43,550 nt of DNA from Candidatus Eiseniibacteriota bacterium (GTDB taxonomy: Bacteria; Eisenbacteria; RBG-16-71-46; DASYSL01): positions 1 through 43,550 of the forward strand of contig DATFWU010000181.1 in assembly GCA_035259005.1 (NCBI GenBank), in the 5' to 3' direction. Below are positions 17,392 through 25,118 of the stretch, in pieces. The first letter of the stretch is position 1, and each line of letters begins with the position of its first letter. The position numbers and the translations under genes are program-made. Under the pieces are notes generated by a model, which saw nothing but the letters and a program-made list of their open reading frames with translations, made no database searches and was not told the origin of the DNA.

Positions 17392-18872
17392 AGTGGCTGC
17401 TGGTCCTCGCGCTCTTCGCCTCGCCCGCTTTCGCCGAAGCGCCGCGGGTCACTGTGGGATCGAAGGCGTTTCCGGAATCGTGGGTCCTGGGCGAGGCGGC
17501 GACGACCCTGGCGCGACGGGCCGGCGCTACGGCCGAGCACCGGCGCAATCTCGGTGGCACCGAGATCGTTTACGACGCGCTGCGCTCGGGCTCGATCGAC
17601 GTGTATCCCGAATACACGGGGACCATCGCCGAGGTCATGCTGCATTCCCATGGGCGCCCGAGCCTGGCGGAGATGCGTGCCGCGCTCCGCTCCCAGGGTA
17701 TCGAGATCGGCGAGCCCCTTGGGTTCAACGATAGCTACGGCATCGCGGTGGCGCCGGGCGTGGCGCACCGGCTCGGGCTGCGAAAAGTCTCGGATCTCGC
17801 GCCGCATCCCGAGCTGCGCCTGGGGCTCACGCACGAGTTCCTGGGCCGCGCCGACGGCTGGCCGGGGCTCGCGCGCGCTTACGGCATCCCGCCCGGCCAT
17901 CCGCTCGGCATCCAGCACGAGCTTGCCTACCAGGCGATCCAGGCGGGGAAGATCGATGCCATGGACGTGTACACGACCGACGCCTGGATCGAGCGTCTGG
18001 GCCTCGTCGTGCTCGAAGACGACCGCGCGTTCTTCCCGCGCTACGACGCCGTATTTCTCTATCGGTCGGATCTGGTGACGCGCGCGCCGCAAGCGCTCGC
18101 CGCCATCCGCCGCCTCGAGGGCAAGATCGACGAGACGCGCATGATCCGCGCCAACGCCCGCGTCGTGCTCGAGAAGCGGGATGCCGCGCTGGCGGCAGAC
18201 TCTTTGTTGATCGAATCGCTAGGGACGGCCGAGAGCGCGCCCGCCCGCGCCTCGCGCACGGCCGATCTGCTGCGCTACCTCGTCCAGCACCTGCGTCTGG
18301 TGGCCATTTCTTTGCTCGCGGCGATCGTGCTCGGGGTGCCCATCGGAATTTTCTCGTCTCGTTCGCCGGCGCTGGCGCGTGTGTTGCTCTCCTTCTCGAG
18401 CGTCGTGCAGACGATTCCGTCGCTCGCGCTGCTCGCCTTTCTGATTCCGTTTCTCGGGATCGGCGCGGGCCCGGCGCTGGTCGCTCTGTTTCTCTATAGC
18501 CTGCTGCCGATCGTGCGAAACACCTACACCGGGCTCACGACCATTCCCGCCGCGTTGCTCGAATCCGCCGACGTGCTCGGCCTGACGGCGACGGCTCGCC
18601 TCTGGCGGATCGAGCTGCCGATGGCGTCGCCTGCGATTCTCGCCGGCATGCAGACGAGCGCGGTGATCAACGTCGGTACCGCGACCTTGGCGGCCTTGAT
18701 CGGGGCCGGAGGGCTGGGGGAGCCGATCCTTTCCGGGATCCAACTTCGAGACACGGCGCTGATCCTCGAAGGGGCGATCCCTGCGGCTCTGCTCGCCCTC
18801 GCCGTGCAGGGCGCGTTCGATCTCCTGGAGCGCGCGGTGGTGCCGCGAGGTCTCCGTCTGCGGGGCGACTGA
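17388..18872 (+). CDS. Fused substrate-binding (OpuAC/OpuCC family) plus permease subunit of the ABC transporter
   Basis: From MKWLLVLALFASPAFAEAP (a signal-like sequence). The binding-domain motifs are VGSKAFPESWVLGE and DVYPEYTGTI. A multi-TM BPD-type permease half follows (LLPIVRNTYTGL). It has an ATGA overlap with the ATPase gene. The track ORF 16971-18872 is a run-on. Confidence 0.85.
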   Translation: MKWLLVLALFASPAFAEAPRVTVGSKAFPESWVLGEAATTLARRAGATAEHRRNLGGTEIVYDALRSGSIDVYPEYTGTIAEVMLHSHGRPSLAEMRAALRSQGIEIGEPLGFNDSYGIAVAPGVAHRLGLRKVSDLAPHPELRLGLTHEFLGRADGWPGLARAYGIPPGHPLGIQHELAYQAIQAGKIDAMDVYTTDAWIERLGLVVLEDDRAFFPRYDAVFLYRSDLVTRAPQALAAIRRLEGKIDETRMIRANARVVLEKRDAALAADSLLIESLGTAESAPARASRTADLLRYLVQHLRLVAISLLAAIVLGVPIGIFSSRSPALARVLLSFSSVVQTIPSLALLAFLIPFLGIGAGPALVALFLYSLLPIVRNTYTGLTTIPAALLESADVLGLTATARLWRIELPMASPAILAGMQTSAVINVGTATLAALIGAGGLGEPILSGIQLRDTALILEGAIPAALLALAVQGAFDLLERAVVPRGLRLRGD

Positions 18873-18990
18873 TCGGGAGCTCGTGGGCCCTGTCGCTGAC
18901 CCGTTCGTGGTTGGAGGTCGCGCGTCAGGCGAGTACAATCGATCGCGCACCGGCCCTCGATGATGGAGATCCGCCGATACCGCCGAGCGC

Positions 18991-19179
18991 TCAAGCCATC
19001 ACGCGCCGGGACTCGATCGCCCCGCACTTCGGGCACGTGTGAATCTGCTCGACGCTGCCCGCGCCCGTCTCGGCGGCTCGTGCTTCTTCTTCGCTTTGCG
19101 GCTCGACAGGCTTCTCGGCGTGGCAGTTCATGGGCCCGTGGCCGTACGGGCACAGCATGGGTTCGATGCGATCCGCCAT
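18991..19179 (-). CDS. Small Cys/His-rich (zinc-ribbon-like) protein, function unknown
   Basis: 62 aa: CPYGHGPMNCH ... CPKC. A strong SD (GAGGAG) sits ~5 nt upstream of the ATG. It starts 10 nt after the FMN reductase stop. Confidence 0.5.
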   Translation of the reverse strand: MADRIEPMLCPYGHGPMNCHAEKPVEPQSEEEARAAETGAGSVEQIHTCPKCGAIESRRVMA

Positions 19180-19189
19180 CGTCTCCTCG

Positions 19190-19759
19190 CTAGTTCGCGA
19201 GCGCGATATTCTCGCGCCCGTAGCGCAGCGTCTTCGCCATCCAAACGAGCTCGTTCAGGAACTTGTCGATGCGCGGCCCGTAGGCGGGATCGAGTGGCAC
19301 GCCTTCGTGGAAAGTCTTGTACGAGTGCGTGAAGTTGACATCCCAGAAAATGGTCACGAGCCCCAGCTCGCGCATCACCGGGAGGAGGTTTTCGATCACG
19401 CGCGTGCCGCCCCAGGGGCCGGCGGAGACGCCGACGACGCCCACCGGCTTGTGGATATATTCCTTGAGGCAGGAATCGAGCAGGTGCTTCAGCATGCCGG
19501 GGTAGCCGCGGTTGTACTCCGGCGTCACCACGATGAGCCCGTCGGCGTGTGTCATCCGCTCGGCGAACGTGGGGTTCTTGATCTGCTCGCCGGCGTCGTC
19601 GTTCGGTAGGTGGAGAGCGGCGACGTCGATCAGCTCCGTCTCCACACCGGGCCGGGAGCGCACGCGCTCGAGCACCGCGTGAGCCGCCGGTTCGCTGCGA
19701 CGACCCTTGCGCACCGTGCCGAGGACGATAGGGATGAATAGGGGGCGGGAATCGGCCAT
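19190..19759 (-). CDS. NADPH-dependent FMN reductase family protein
   Basis: From MADSRPLFIPIVLGTVRKGR. It has the characteristic ADGLIVVTPEYNRGYPGMLKHLLD. A GGAGG SD is upstream of the ATG at 19759. The track ORF 19190-19996 is a run-on. Confidence 0.85.
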   Translation of the reverse strand: MADSRPLFIPIVLGTVRKGRRSEPAAHAVLERVRSRPGVETELIDVAALHLPNDDAGEQIKNPTFAERMTHADGLIVVTPEYNRGYPGMLKHLLDSCLKEYIHKPVGVVGVSAGPWGGTRVIENLLPVMRELGLVTIFWDVNFTHSYKTFHEGVPLDPAYGPRIDKFLNELVWMAKTLRYGRENIALAN

Positions 19760-19805
19760 GAATCCTCCACTCCTTGGCGAATTTTTCCGTGTCCTTGAGG
19801 TTAAC

Positions 19806-20510
19806 ATGCTCGAAAATAGCGCCAGGACCGAACGTGCCTTGCGGAGACATCGACGGCCCCGCCTCGCGGTGATGCTCCTCGCGGTCGCGATGGCGGGATG
19901 CGCGCGGTCCAAACAAACGACACCGAACGCATCGCACACGGTTGGCGTGGACACCACCTCGCACGCGCCGATGGGAGAAGAACGCCCCGCGTCCAAGATG
20001 GAAACGATTTCACTCGAAGGGATGGAGCAGACACTGCGCTTTCGACTCTACGATTCGCGCCCTGCGGGTCTCGACGTTCCGTTCACCACCTACGTTCCCG
20101 ACGACATGGCGATTCGTTCGGCGCCGCGTGAAAACGGGGATCGCTTCGTGGCGCGCGCCGTGTTCGGGGGCCAGGTCGAGCCGCGGGCGTTTGTCGAAGC
20201 CCGTTTTCTTTCGCCGGGCGCGGCCCAGCAAGCCGCCGTGGAGTCGCTCGCTGCCTGGGCGCCCGACGAGCGGCCGAGTCCGCTCGAGAGCGGCAAGCGC
20301 TTCGCTTGGTCGGTGCGTGAGCGCTGGGTGCATCGCGGCTCGGGCGACACGGAAGTCGATGGCGTCGCGGGCCTGGGGCGCCACGCCGGCCGCTGGTTCG
20401 TGATTCACATCGAGTATCCACAGGAATACGGAGAAGGGCTCCTGCCACGCGTCGAGCGAATGCTCGAAGAGTGGCGGTGGGAGGACATGGGAGGGGGATT
20501 GGGATCGTGA
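19806..20510 (+). CDS. Hypothetical lipoprotein
   Basis: It has a basic n-region (RRHRRPR), a hydrophobic core and a lipobox (LAVMLLAVAMAG-C). I recognised no family. The stop overlaps the ATP-grasp start (GTGA). The start is uncertain (19806 vs 19872). Confidence 0.6.
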   Translation: MLENSARTERALRRHRRPRLAVMLLAVAMAGCARSKQTTPNASHTVGVDTTSHAPMGEERPASKMETISLEGMEQTLRFRLYDSRPAGLDVPFTTYVPDDMAIRSAPRENGDRFVARAVFGGQVEPRAFVEARFLSPGAAQQAAVESLAAWAPDERPSPLESGKRFAWSVRERWVHRGSGDTEVDGVAGLGRHAGRWFVIHIEYPQEYGEGLLPRVERMLEEWRWEDMGGGLGS

Positions 20511-21772
20511 AGCGTGTGCTTCTCCTCATGACGACGACGTCCTATCGCGCACAGGCTTTTCTGGAGGCGGCCGAGAGCTTGGAGCTCGAGGTCGTGATCG
20601 GCAGCGATCGCGAACAAGCGCTTTCGTTCGCCAAGCCCTCCGGGAATCTCACGCTCGATTTCTCGGCGCCGGAGATCTCCGCCCTGCGTGCGGCCGAGTT
20701 CGCGAGCGCTCATCCGCTGGACGCGGTGGTGGCAGCCGACGACGATGGCGTCGTGCTCGCCGCCCACATCGCGCGGGCTCTTGGCCTGCGGCATAACGCG
20801 TTGGAGGCCGTCGCGGCGGCCCGCTCGAAGCGCCTGTTCCGCGATCGCCTGGCGGCGGCGGGACTTCCCGGTCCGCGCTACTTCGAGCTGGGCCTCGACG
20901 CGTATCCGGTGGAAGCCGCGGCGAACGCGCCCTATCCCTGCGTGCTCAAGCCGCTCTCGCTCTCGGCCAGCCGCGGCGTGATCCGCGCCGACGACGAAGC
21001 TTCGTTTCTTGCCGCCTTCCGGCGCATCGCGGCTTTGCTCGAGCGTGTCGAGGCGCCTGGCGCCGCGGAGCGCCGCGGCATCCTGGTCGAGGAATACCTT
21101 CCGGGAAGCGAAGTGGCGCTGGAGGGCATCCTCACGAACGGCGCCATGCGCACGCTGGCCTTGTTCGACAAGCCGGATCCGCTCGAAGGTCCGTACTTCG
21201 AGGAGACGATCTACATCACGCCCTCGCGCTTTCCGCTGCCGGTGCGCGAGGCGATCGTGGAGCAGACGGCGGCGGCGGTGCGCGCCCTGGGGCTCGAGCA
21301 CGGTCCGATCCACGCCGAGATGCGCGTGAGCGAGCAGGGGGTACGCATGCTGGAGATCGCGCCGCGCTCGATCGGCGGCCTGTGCTCGCGTGCGCTCCGC
21401 TTCGCCGACGGCGTGTCGCTCGAGAGCCTGATCTTGCGCCACGCTCTCGGTGAGAACGTGTCGTTGCTCGAGCGCGAGTCGCGCGCCTCGGGCGTCATGA
21501 TGATGCCGATTCGCCGGGGGGGTACTTTGCGCAGCGTCACGGGGCTCGATCGCGCCTTGCGAGTTCCCGGCATCGACGACATCCGCATGACGATCCCGGT
21601 GGGGCAGCGCGTCATCCCGCTTCCGGAGGGAGCGCGCTATCTGGGTTTCCTTTTCGCGCACGGGGACCGGCCCAGCGAGGTCGAGGAGTCGCTGCGGCGC
21701 GCCCACGCCCAAATCGCCATCGAGATCGATTCCACCGATGCAGGACTACCCTGCGGCGAGCGCGAGGCGTAG
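20507..21772 (+). CDS. ATP-grasp domain ligase (L-amino-acid-ligase/carboxylate-amine ligase-like), substrate unknown
   Basis: From VKRVLLLMTTTSY. It has a pre-ATP-grasp Rossmann-like N-terminus, YPCVLKPLSLSASRGV, VEEYLPGSEVALEG, and GPIHAEMRV...MLEIAPRSIGG. Confidence 0.8.
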   Translation: MKRVLLLMTTTSYRAQAFLEAAESLELEVVIGSDREQALSFAKPSGNLTLDFSAPEISALRAAEFASAHPLDAVVAADDDGVVLAAHIARALGLRHNALEAVAAARSKRLFRDRLAAAGLPGPRYFELGLDAYPVEAAANAPYPCVLKPLSLSASRGVIRADDEASFLAAFRRIAALLERVEAPGAAERRGILVEEYLPGSEVALEGILTNGAMRTLALFDKPDPLEGPYFEETIYITPSRFPLPVREAIVEQTAAAVRALGLEHGPIHAEMRVSEQGVRMLEIAPRSIGGLCSRALRFADGVSLESLILRHALGENVSLLERESRASGVMMMPIRRGGTLRSVTGLDRALRVPGIDDIRMTIPVGQRVIPLPEGARYLGFLFAHGDRPSEVEESLRRAHAQIAIEIDSTDAGLPCGEREA

Positions 21773-21781
21773 GATCGGGAC

Positions 21782-22384
21782 ATGGTTGCCATCACCGAGT
21801 CGGCGCGCGACAAGGTTCTCGAGATCCTGAAGGACGGCGACCGCCACGGCGTCGCACTCCGCGTGGCCATCACGGGACGCGGTCGCGGGCCGGGCGGCTT
21901 CGGCTACGAGCTGGAGTTGATCGAGGAGGGCGAGAAGGCGCCCGACGATCTGGAGATCGACGCCGGCGGCTTCAAGCTCATCGTGGACGCCATGAGCGTG
22001 CCCAAGCTCGAGGGCGCGGTCGTCGATTATGTCGACGACCCCATGGACAGCGGGTTCAAGATCGAGAACCCCAACTCGTTCTTCGAGGATCCTGTCGCGG
22101 TACGCGTTCAGCAGATTCTCGACGATCAGATCAACCCGGCGGTGGCCGACCACGGTGGCTTCGTCATGCTGCTCGACGTCAAAGACGACACCGCCTACAT
22201 CCAGCTCGGCGGTGGCTGCCAGGGATGCGGTATGGCCAACGTCACGCTCAAGCAAGGTGTCGAGGTCATGATTCAGCGCGCGGTACCCGAGATCAAACAC
22301 GTGGTCGATTCTACGGACCATGCCTCGGGGACGAATCCGTACTACCAGCCGGCCAAGGGCGGAGGAGCCTCGCCCCTCGCTTGA
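21782..22384 (+). CDS. nfuA: Fe-S cluster carrier NfuA-type (Cys-less A-type N-domain plus Nfu C-domain)
   Basis: 200 aa. It has a HesB/IscA-like N-terminal half without Cys. The C-terminal Nfu domain has HGGFVMLLDV...LGGGCQGCGMA. Confidence 0.85.
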   Translation: MVAITESARDKVLEILKDGDRHGVALRVAITGRGRGPGGFGYELELIEEGEKAPDDLEIDAGGFKLIVDAMSVPKLEGAVVDYVDDPMDSGFKIENPNSFFEDPVAVRVQQILDDQINPAVADHGGFVMLLDVKDDTAYIQLGGGCQGCGMANVTLKQGVEVMIQRAVPEIKHVVDSTDHASGTNPYYQPAKGGGASPLA

Positions 22385-22386
22385 GG

Positions 22387-23790
22387 ATGCGGGACGCGAC
22401 TCCTCTTCCCAGCGCGAGCCCCATGCTCGTCGTTCTTCTCTCTACCTACGATCTCGGTCGCCAGCCCTTCGGACTGGCTTCGCCTTGTGCTTGGCTTCGC
22501 GAAGCAGGCTTCGACGTGCGCACGAACGACGTCGCGGTCGAGCCGCTCGACGAGGAGGCGGTGCGCGCCGCCGGTCTCGTCGCGATCCATCTGCCCATGC
22601 ACACGGCGACGCGGCTCGCGGTGCGCCTCCTTCCGCGCGTGCGCGCCCTCAACCCGACTGCCCGGCTCGTGTGCTACGGCCTGTACGCACGGCCCAACGA
22701 GACCTACCTGAGGAGCCTGGGCGTCGACGACGTGCTGGGCGGTGAGTACGAGGCGGACCTCGTGGCCCTGGTGCGAGGCGGGGCGGCCGATGCCGCCGGC
22801 GCCACCCTCCCGCGTCTTGCCTACCGCGTGCCCGACCGCAGCGGTCTGCCGCCGCTCGAGCGCTACGCCCGGCTCGTCGACGCCGGCGGCCGCGAGCGCG
22901 TCGTGGGCTACACGGAGACGACGCGCGGCTGCAAGCACGAGTGTCGCCACTGCCCCGTGGTTCCCGTGTACGAGGGCCGCTTTCGGGCCGTGCCTCGTGA
23001 GGTCGTGCTTGCCGACATCCGCCAGCAGGTCGAAGCGGGCGCAACACACATTACCTTCGGCGATCCTGACTTCTGGAACGGTCCGACACACGCGCTGGCC
23101 ATCGTGCGCGCCCTGGCCGTCGAGCACCCGGGCGTCACCTACGACGCCACGATCAAGATCGAGCACCTGCTCCGCCACGCCGAGCATCTGACCGAGCTGG
23201 CATCGACCAGCTGCCTCTTTGTTACCAGCGCTGCCGAGTCGCTCGACGACCGGGTACTGGCGCGCCTCGACAAGGGCCATACGCGCTCCGAGTTCGAGCG
23301 CGCACTTGAGCTGTGCGGCGAGGCCGGGCTCGTCCTCCAACCCACTTTCATCGCCTTCCATCCGTGGATGAGCCGCGCGAGCTACCTCGAGTTCCTGGAG
23401 TTCCTCGAAGCGCACGATCTGGTCGAGGCCTTGCCCCCGATCCAGCTCGTCCTGCGCCTGCTCGTGCCGGCGCGCTCGAAGCTTTTGGGGGTGGAAGGGG
23501 CGCGGACTTGGGTCGAGCCGTTCGAGGCCCGGCGTCTCGTGCACCCTTGGCATCATCCGGATCCCGAGGTGGATGCTCTGCACGAATCGGTGCACGTGCT
23601 CGTGCAGGAGAGGAGCGCCGCGGGCGCTAGCCGCCGTGAGATCTTCGATGCCGTCTGGGAGGTGGCGCATGGCCGCGCTCGCGAGCTGGGCCACGGCACG
23701 CAATGGACGGAGCGCACGCCGGTCCCCTATCTCACCGAGCCCTGGTATTGCTGAGCGGAGCCCATCGAGGGGCCGGCGGCTCCTTTCTAG
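22387..23790 (+). CDS. B12-binding-like radical SAM protein with a probable selenocysteine (UGA at 23752-23754) in a C-terminal C-U-A-E-P tail
   Basis: It has a Rossmann-like N-domain (LVVLLSTYDLG...LVAIHLPMHT...LVCYGLYA) and the radical SAM motif TRGCKHECRHCPV (CX3CX2C). The track ORF ends ...TEPWYC at a TGA. Reading through in frame gives AEPIEGPAAPF then TAG at 23788-23790. The start at ATG 22387 is 3 nt after the nfuA stop. Confidence 0.75.
23757..23783 (+). promoter_or_regulatory. Candidate bacterial SECIS hairpin directly downstream of the in-frame UGA
   Basis: GGAGCC (23757-23762) pairs with GGCTCC (23778-23783). The interior can form CG/CG with a G-rich apical loop (AGGGGC). Folded by eye only, and the geometry has not been checked against a SECIS model. 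Confidence 0.4.
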
Positions 23791-23931
23791 ACAGGTATGA
23801 AAATCGACTTGTGTCAGGGCCCATGGTGAATCAACATGCGGGGGATCGATTAGGGTCCTTTGTCTCCTCCAGGCGACCCCATCCCCGTTAGCCCTCGCAA
23901 GAAGCTCCCGGCATGCCCCCGTGGAGCTGTC

Positions 23932-25005
23932 ATGACTCGCTCATACAATCTGACCCAGCTCAGCGACGGAGCCCTTCTTCAGGCTTTGACCTCTCTGTTC
24001 GATCAAGACCGCGCTACGACGGCCATGCTGCTCGCTCATATCGCCGAAGTCGATGTGCGATCTCTGTATGCAGCAGCCGGATATCCTTCGATGTTCGTCT
24101 ATTGCGTGGAGAAGTTTCACCTCTCTGAGGATGCGGCTTGCAATCGAATTCATGCGGCGCGTACGGCCCGTCAGTTTCCCCAGATCTTCGAAGCCATAGC
24201 CGAGGGACGTCTTCACCTGAGCGGCGTTCGGTTGCTGGCGCCCCATCTGACTCCCGAAAACGCCGACGAGTTGCTTCTCTTGGTCAGGTACAAGAAGAAA
24301 TCCGAAATCGAACGCATACTCACCCAACGGTTCCCGCTCGCTTCGTCACCCCGAATCATCCAAAGCATTCGTCCAATTCCTACGGCTCCAGTCGGGGTAT
24401 CCGCCCCGGGGCGGATTGATGGTGGCCTCGGACTCTTCCAGGAGTCTTCTACCGGCATGACAGCTGGACCGGCCACCCCGGAACCACCTCACCCGGTGGA
24501 TGAGAGGTACTTTCTTCAGCTTACCGTTGCGAAGAGTACGCACGACAAGCTTCGCCGAGCGCAGCTCCTTCTCAGCCACGCTATTCCGTCAGGGAATGTG
24601 GAGCAGGTGCTAGATCGAGCCCTTGATCTACTTCTTGCCCAACTCGAGAAGCGGAAATACGCAGCCTCGAATCAACCACGGCAGCGTCCTCCCACCCAAA
24701 CCAGCGCGCGGAGTCGTCACATTCCAGCCCAGGTCAAACGCGCGGTCTGGCTTCGGGATCGGGGGCAATGCACGTTCGAGAACGAAACGGGCGACCGGTG
24801 CCCGGCCCGAAAGTTCTTGGAGTTCGACCACGTCGTACCCGTCGCTCGTGGGGGGAAAGCCACAGTGGAAGGGATTCGTCTGCGTTGCCGGGCGCACAAC
24901 CAGTTCGAAGCGGAGAAGGTGTTCGGAACAGAATATGTTCGTGGCAAGCGCCGGGCAGCGCGGGCACGCAGGGAACAGCACACGCAGAAGAGAGCGAGCG
25001 GCTAG
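23932..25005 (+). CDS. DUF222-like N-domain / HNH endonuclease
   Basis: From MTRSYNLTQLSDGALL. The C-terminal HNH nuclease motif is CTFENETGDRCPARKFLEFDHVVPVARGG...LRCRAHNQFEAE. ATG at 23932 is preferred over the TTG at 23860. Confidence 0.8.
   Translation: MTRSYNLTQLSDGALLQALTSLFDQDRATTAMLLAHIAEVDVRSLYAAAGYPSMFVYCVEKFHLSEDAACNRIHAARTARQFPQIFEAIAEGRLHLSGVRLLAPHLTPENADELLLLVRYKKKSEIERILTQRFPLASSPRIIQSIRPIPTAPVGVSAPGRIDGGLGLFQESSTGMTAGPATPEPPHPVDERYFLQLTVAKSTHDKLRRAQLLLSHAIPSGNVEQVLDRALDLLLAQLEKRKYAASNQPRQRPPTQTSARSRHIPAQVKRAVWLRDRGQCTFENETGDRCPARKFLEFDHVVPVARGGKATVEGIRLRCRAHNQFEAEKVFGTEYVRGKRRAARARREQHTQKRASG
24399..24416. repeat. 18-bp perfect palindrome ATCCGCCCCGGGGCGGAT (copy 1, inside the HNH ORF)
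   Basis: Exact self-complementary 18-mer, identical to the copy at 36742-36759. Confidence 0.9.
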
Positions 25006-25118
25006 AGACACCAAGATCGAGCCCGCGGTTCTTGGCAGGGGGCAACGGAGAGCCGGGACGTGTCTAGGAGGCATTCTCGCCTTGGCGAATCCTGCTTCTG
25101 GGCGCTAATCTAGGCCGC

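Larger units (their letters stand above)
23791..25118. other. Low-GC compositional island (probable horizontally acquired insert) carrying the HNH gene
   Basis: By eye GC drops to the mid-50s percent here, against about 70% in both flanks. The boundaries coincide with the intergenic spacers either side of the HNH ORF. Confidence 0.5.

Noticed and set aside
19806-23931. Idea that the ATP-grasp plus radical SAM cluster is a RiPP (graspetide/sactipeptide-like) locus
   Set aside because: I found no plausible short precursor ORF in the 2-9 nt gaps within the cluster or in the 141-nt spacer after it. The radical SAM protein shows no obvious SPASM/twitch Cys-rich extension other than the C-U tail. 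The idea is kept only as a generic uncharacterised-system hypothesis.
23787-25067. 7-nt inverted pair CTAGACA / TGTCTAG flanking the HNH island, as possible terminal inverted repeats
   Set aside because: A 7-mer pair is expected by chance several times in 43 kb. I could find no longer flanking direct or inverted repeats.
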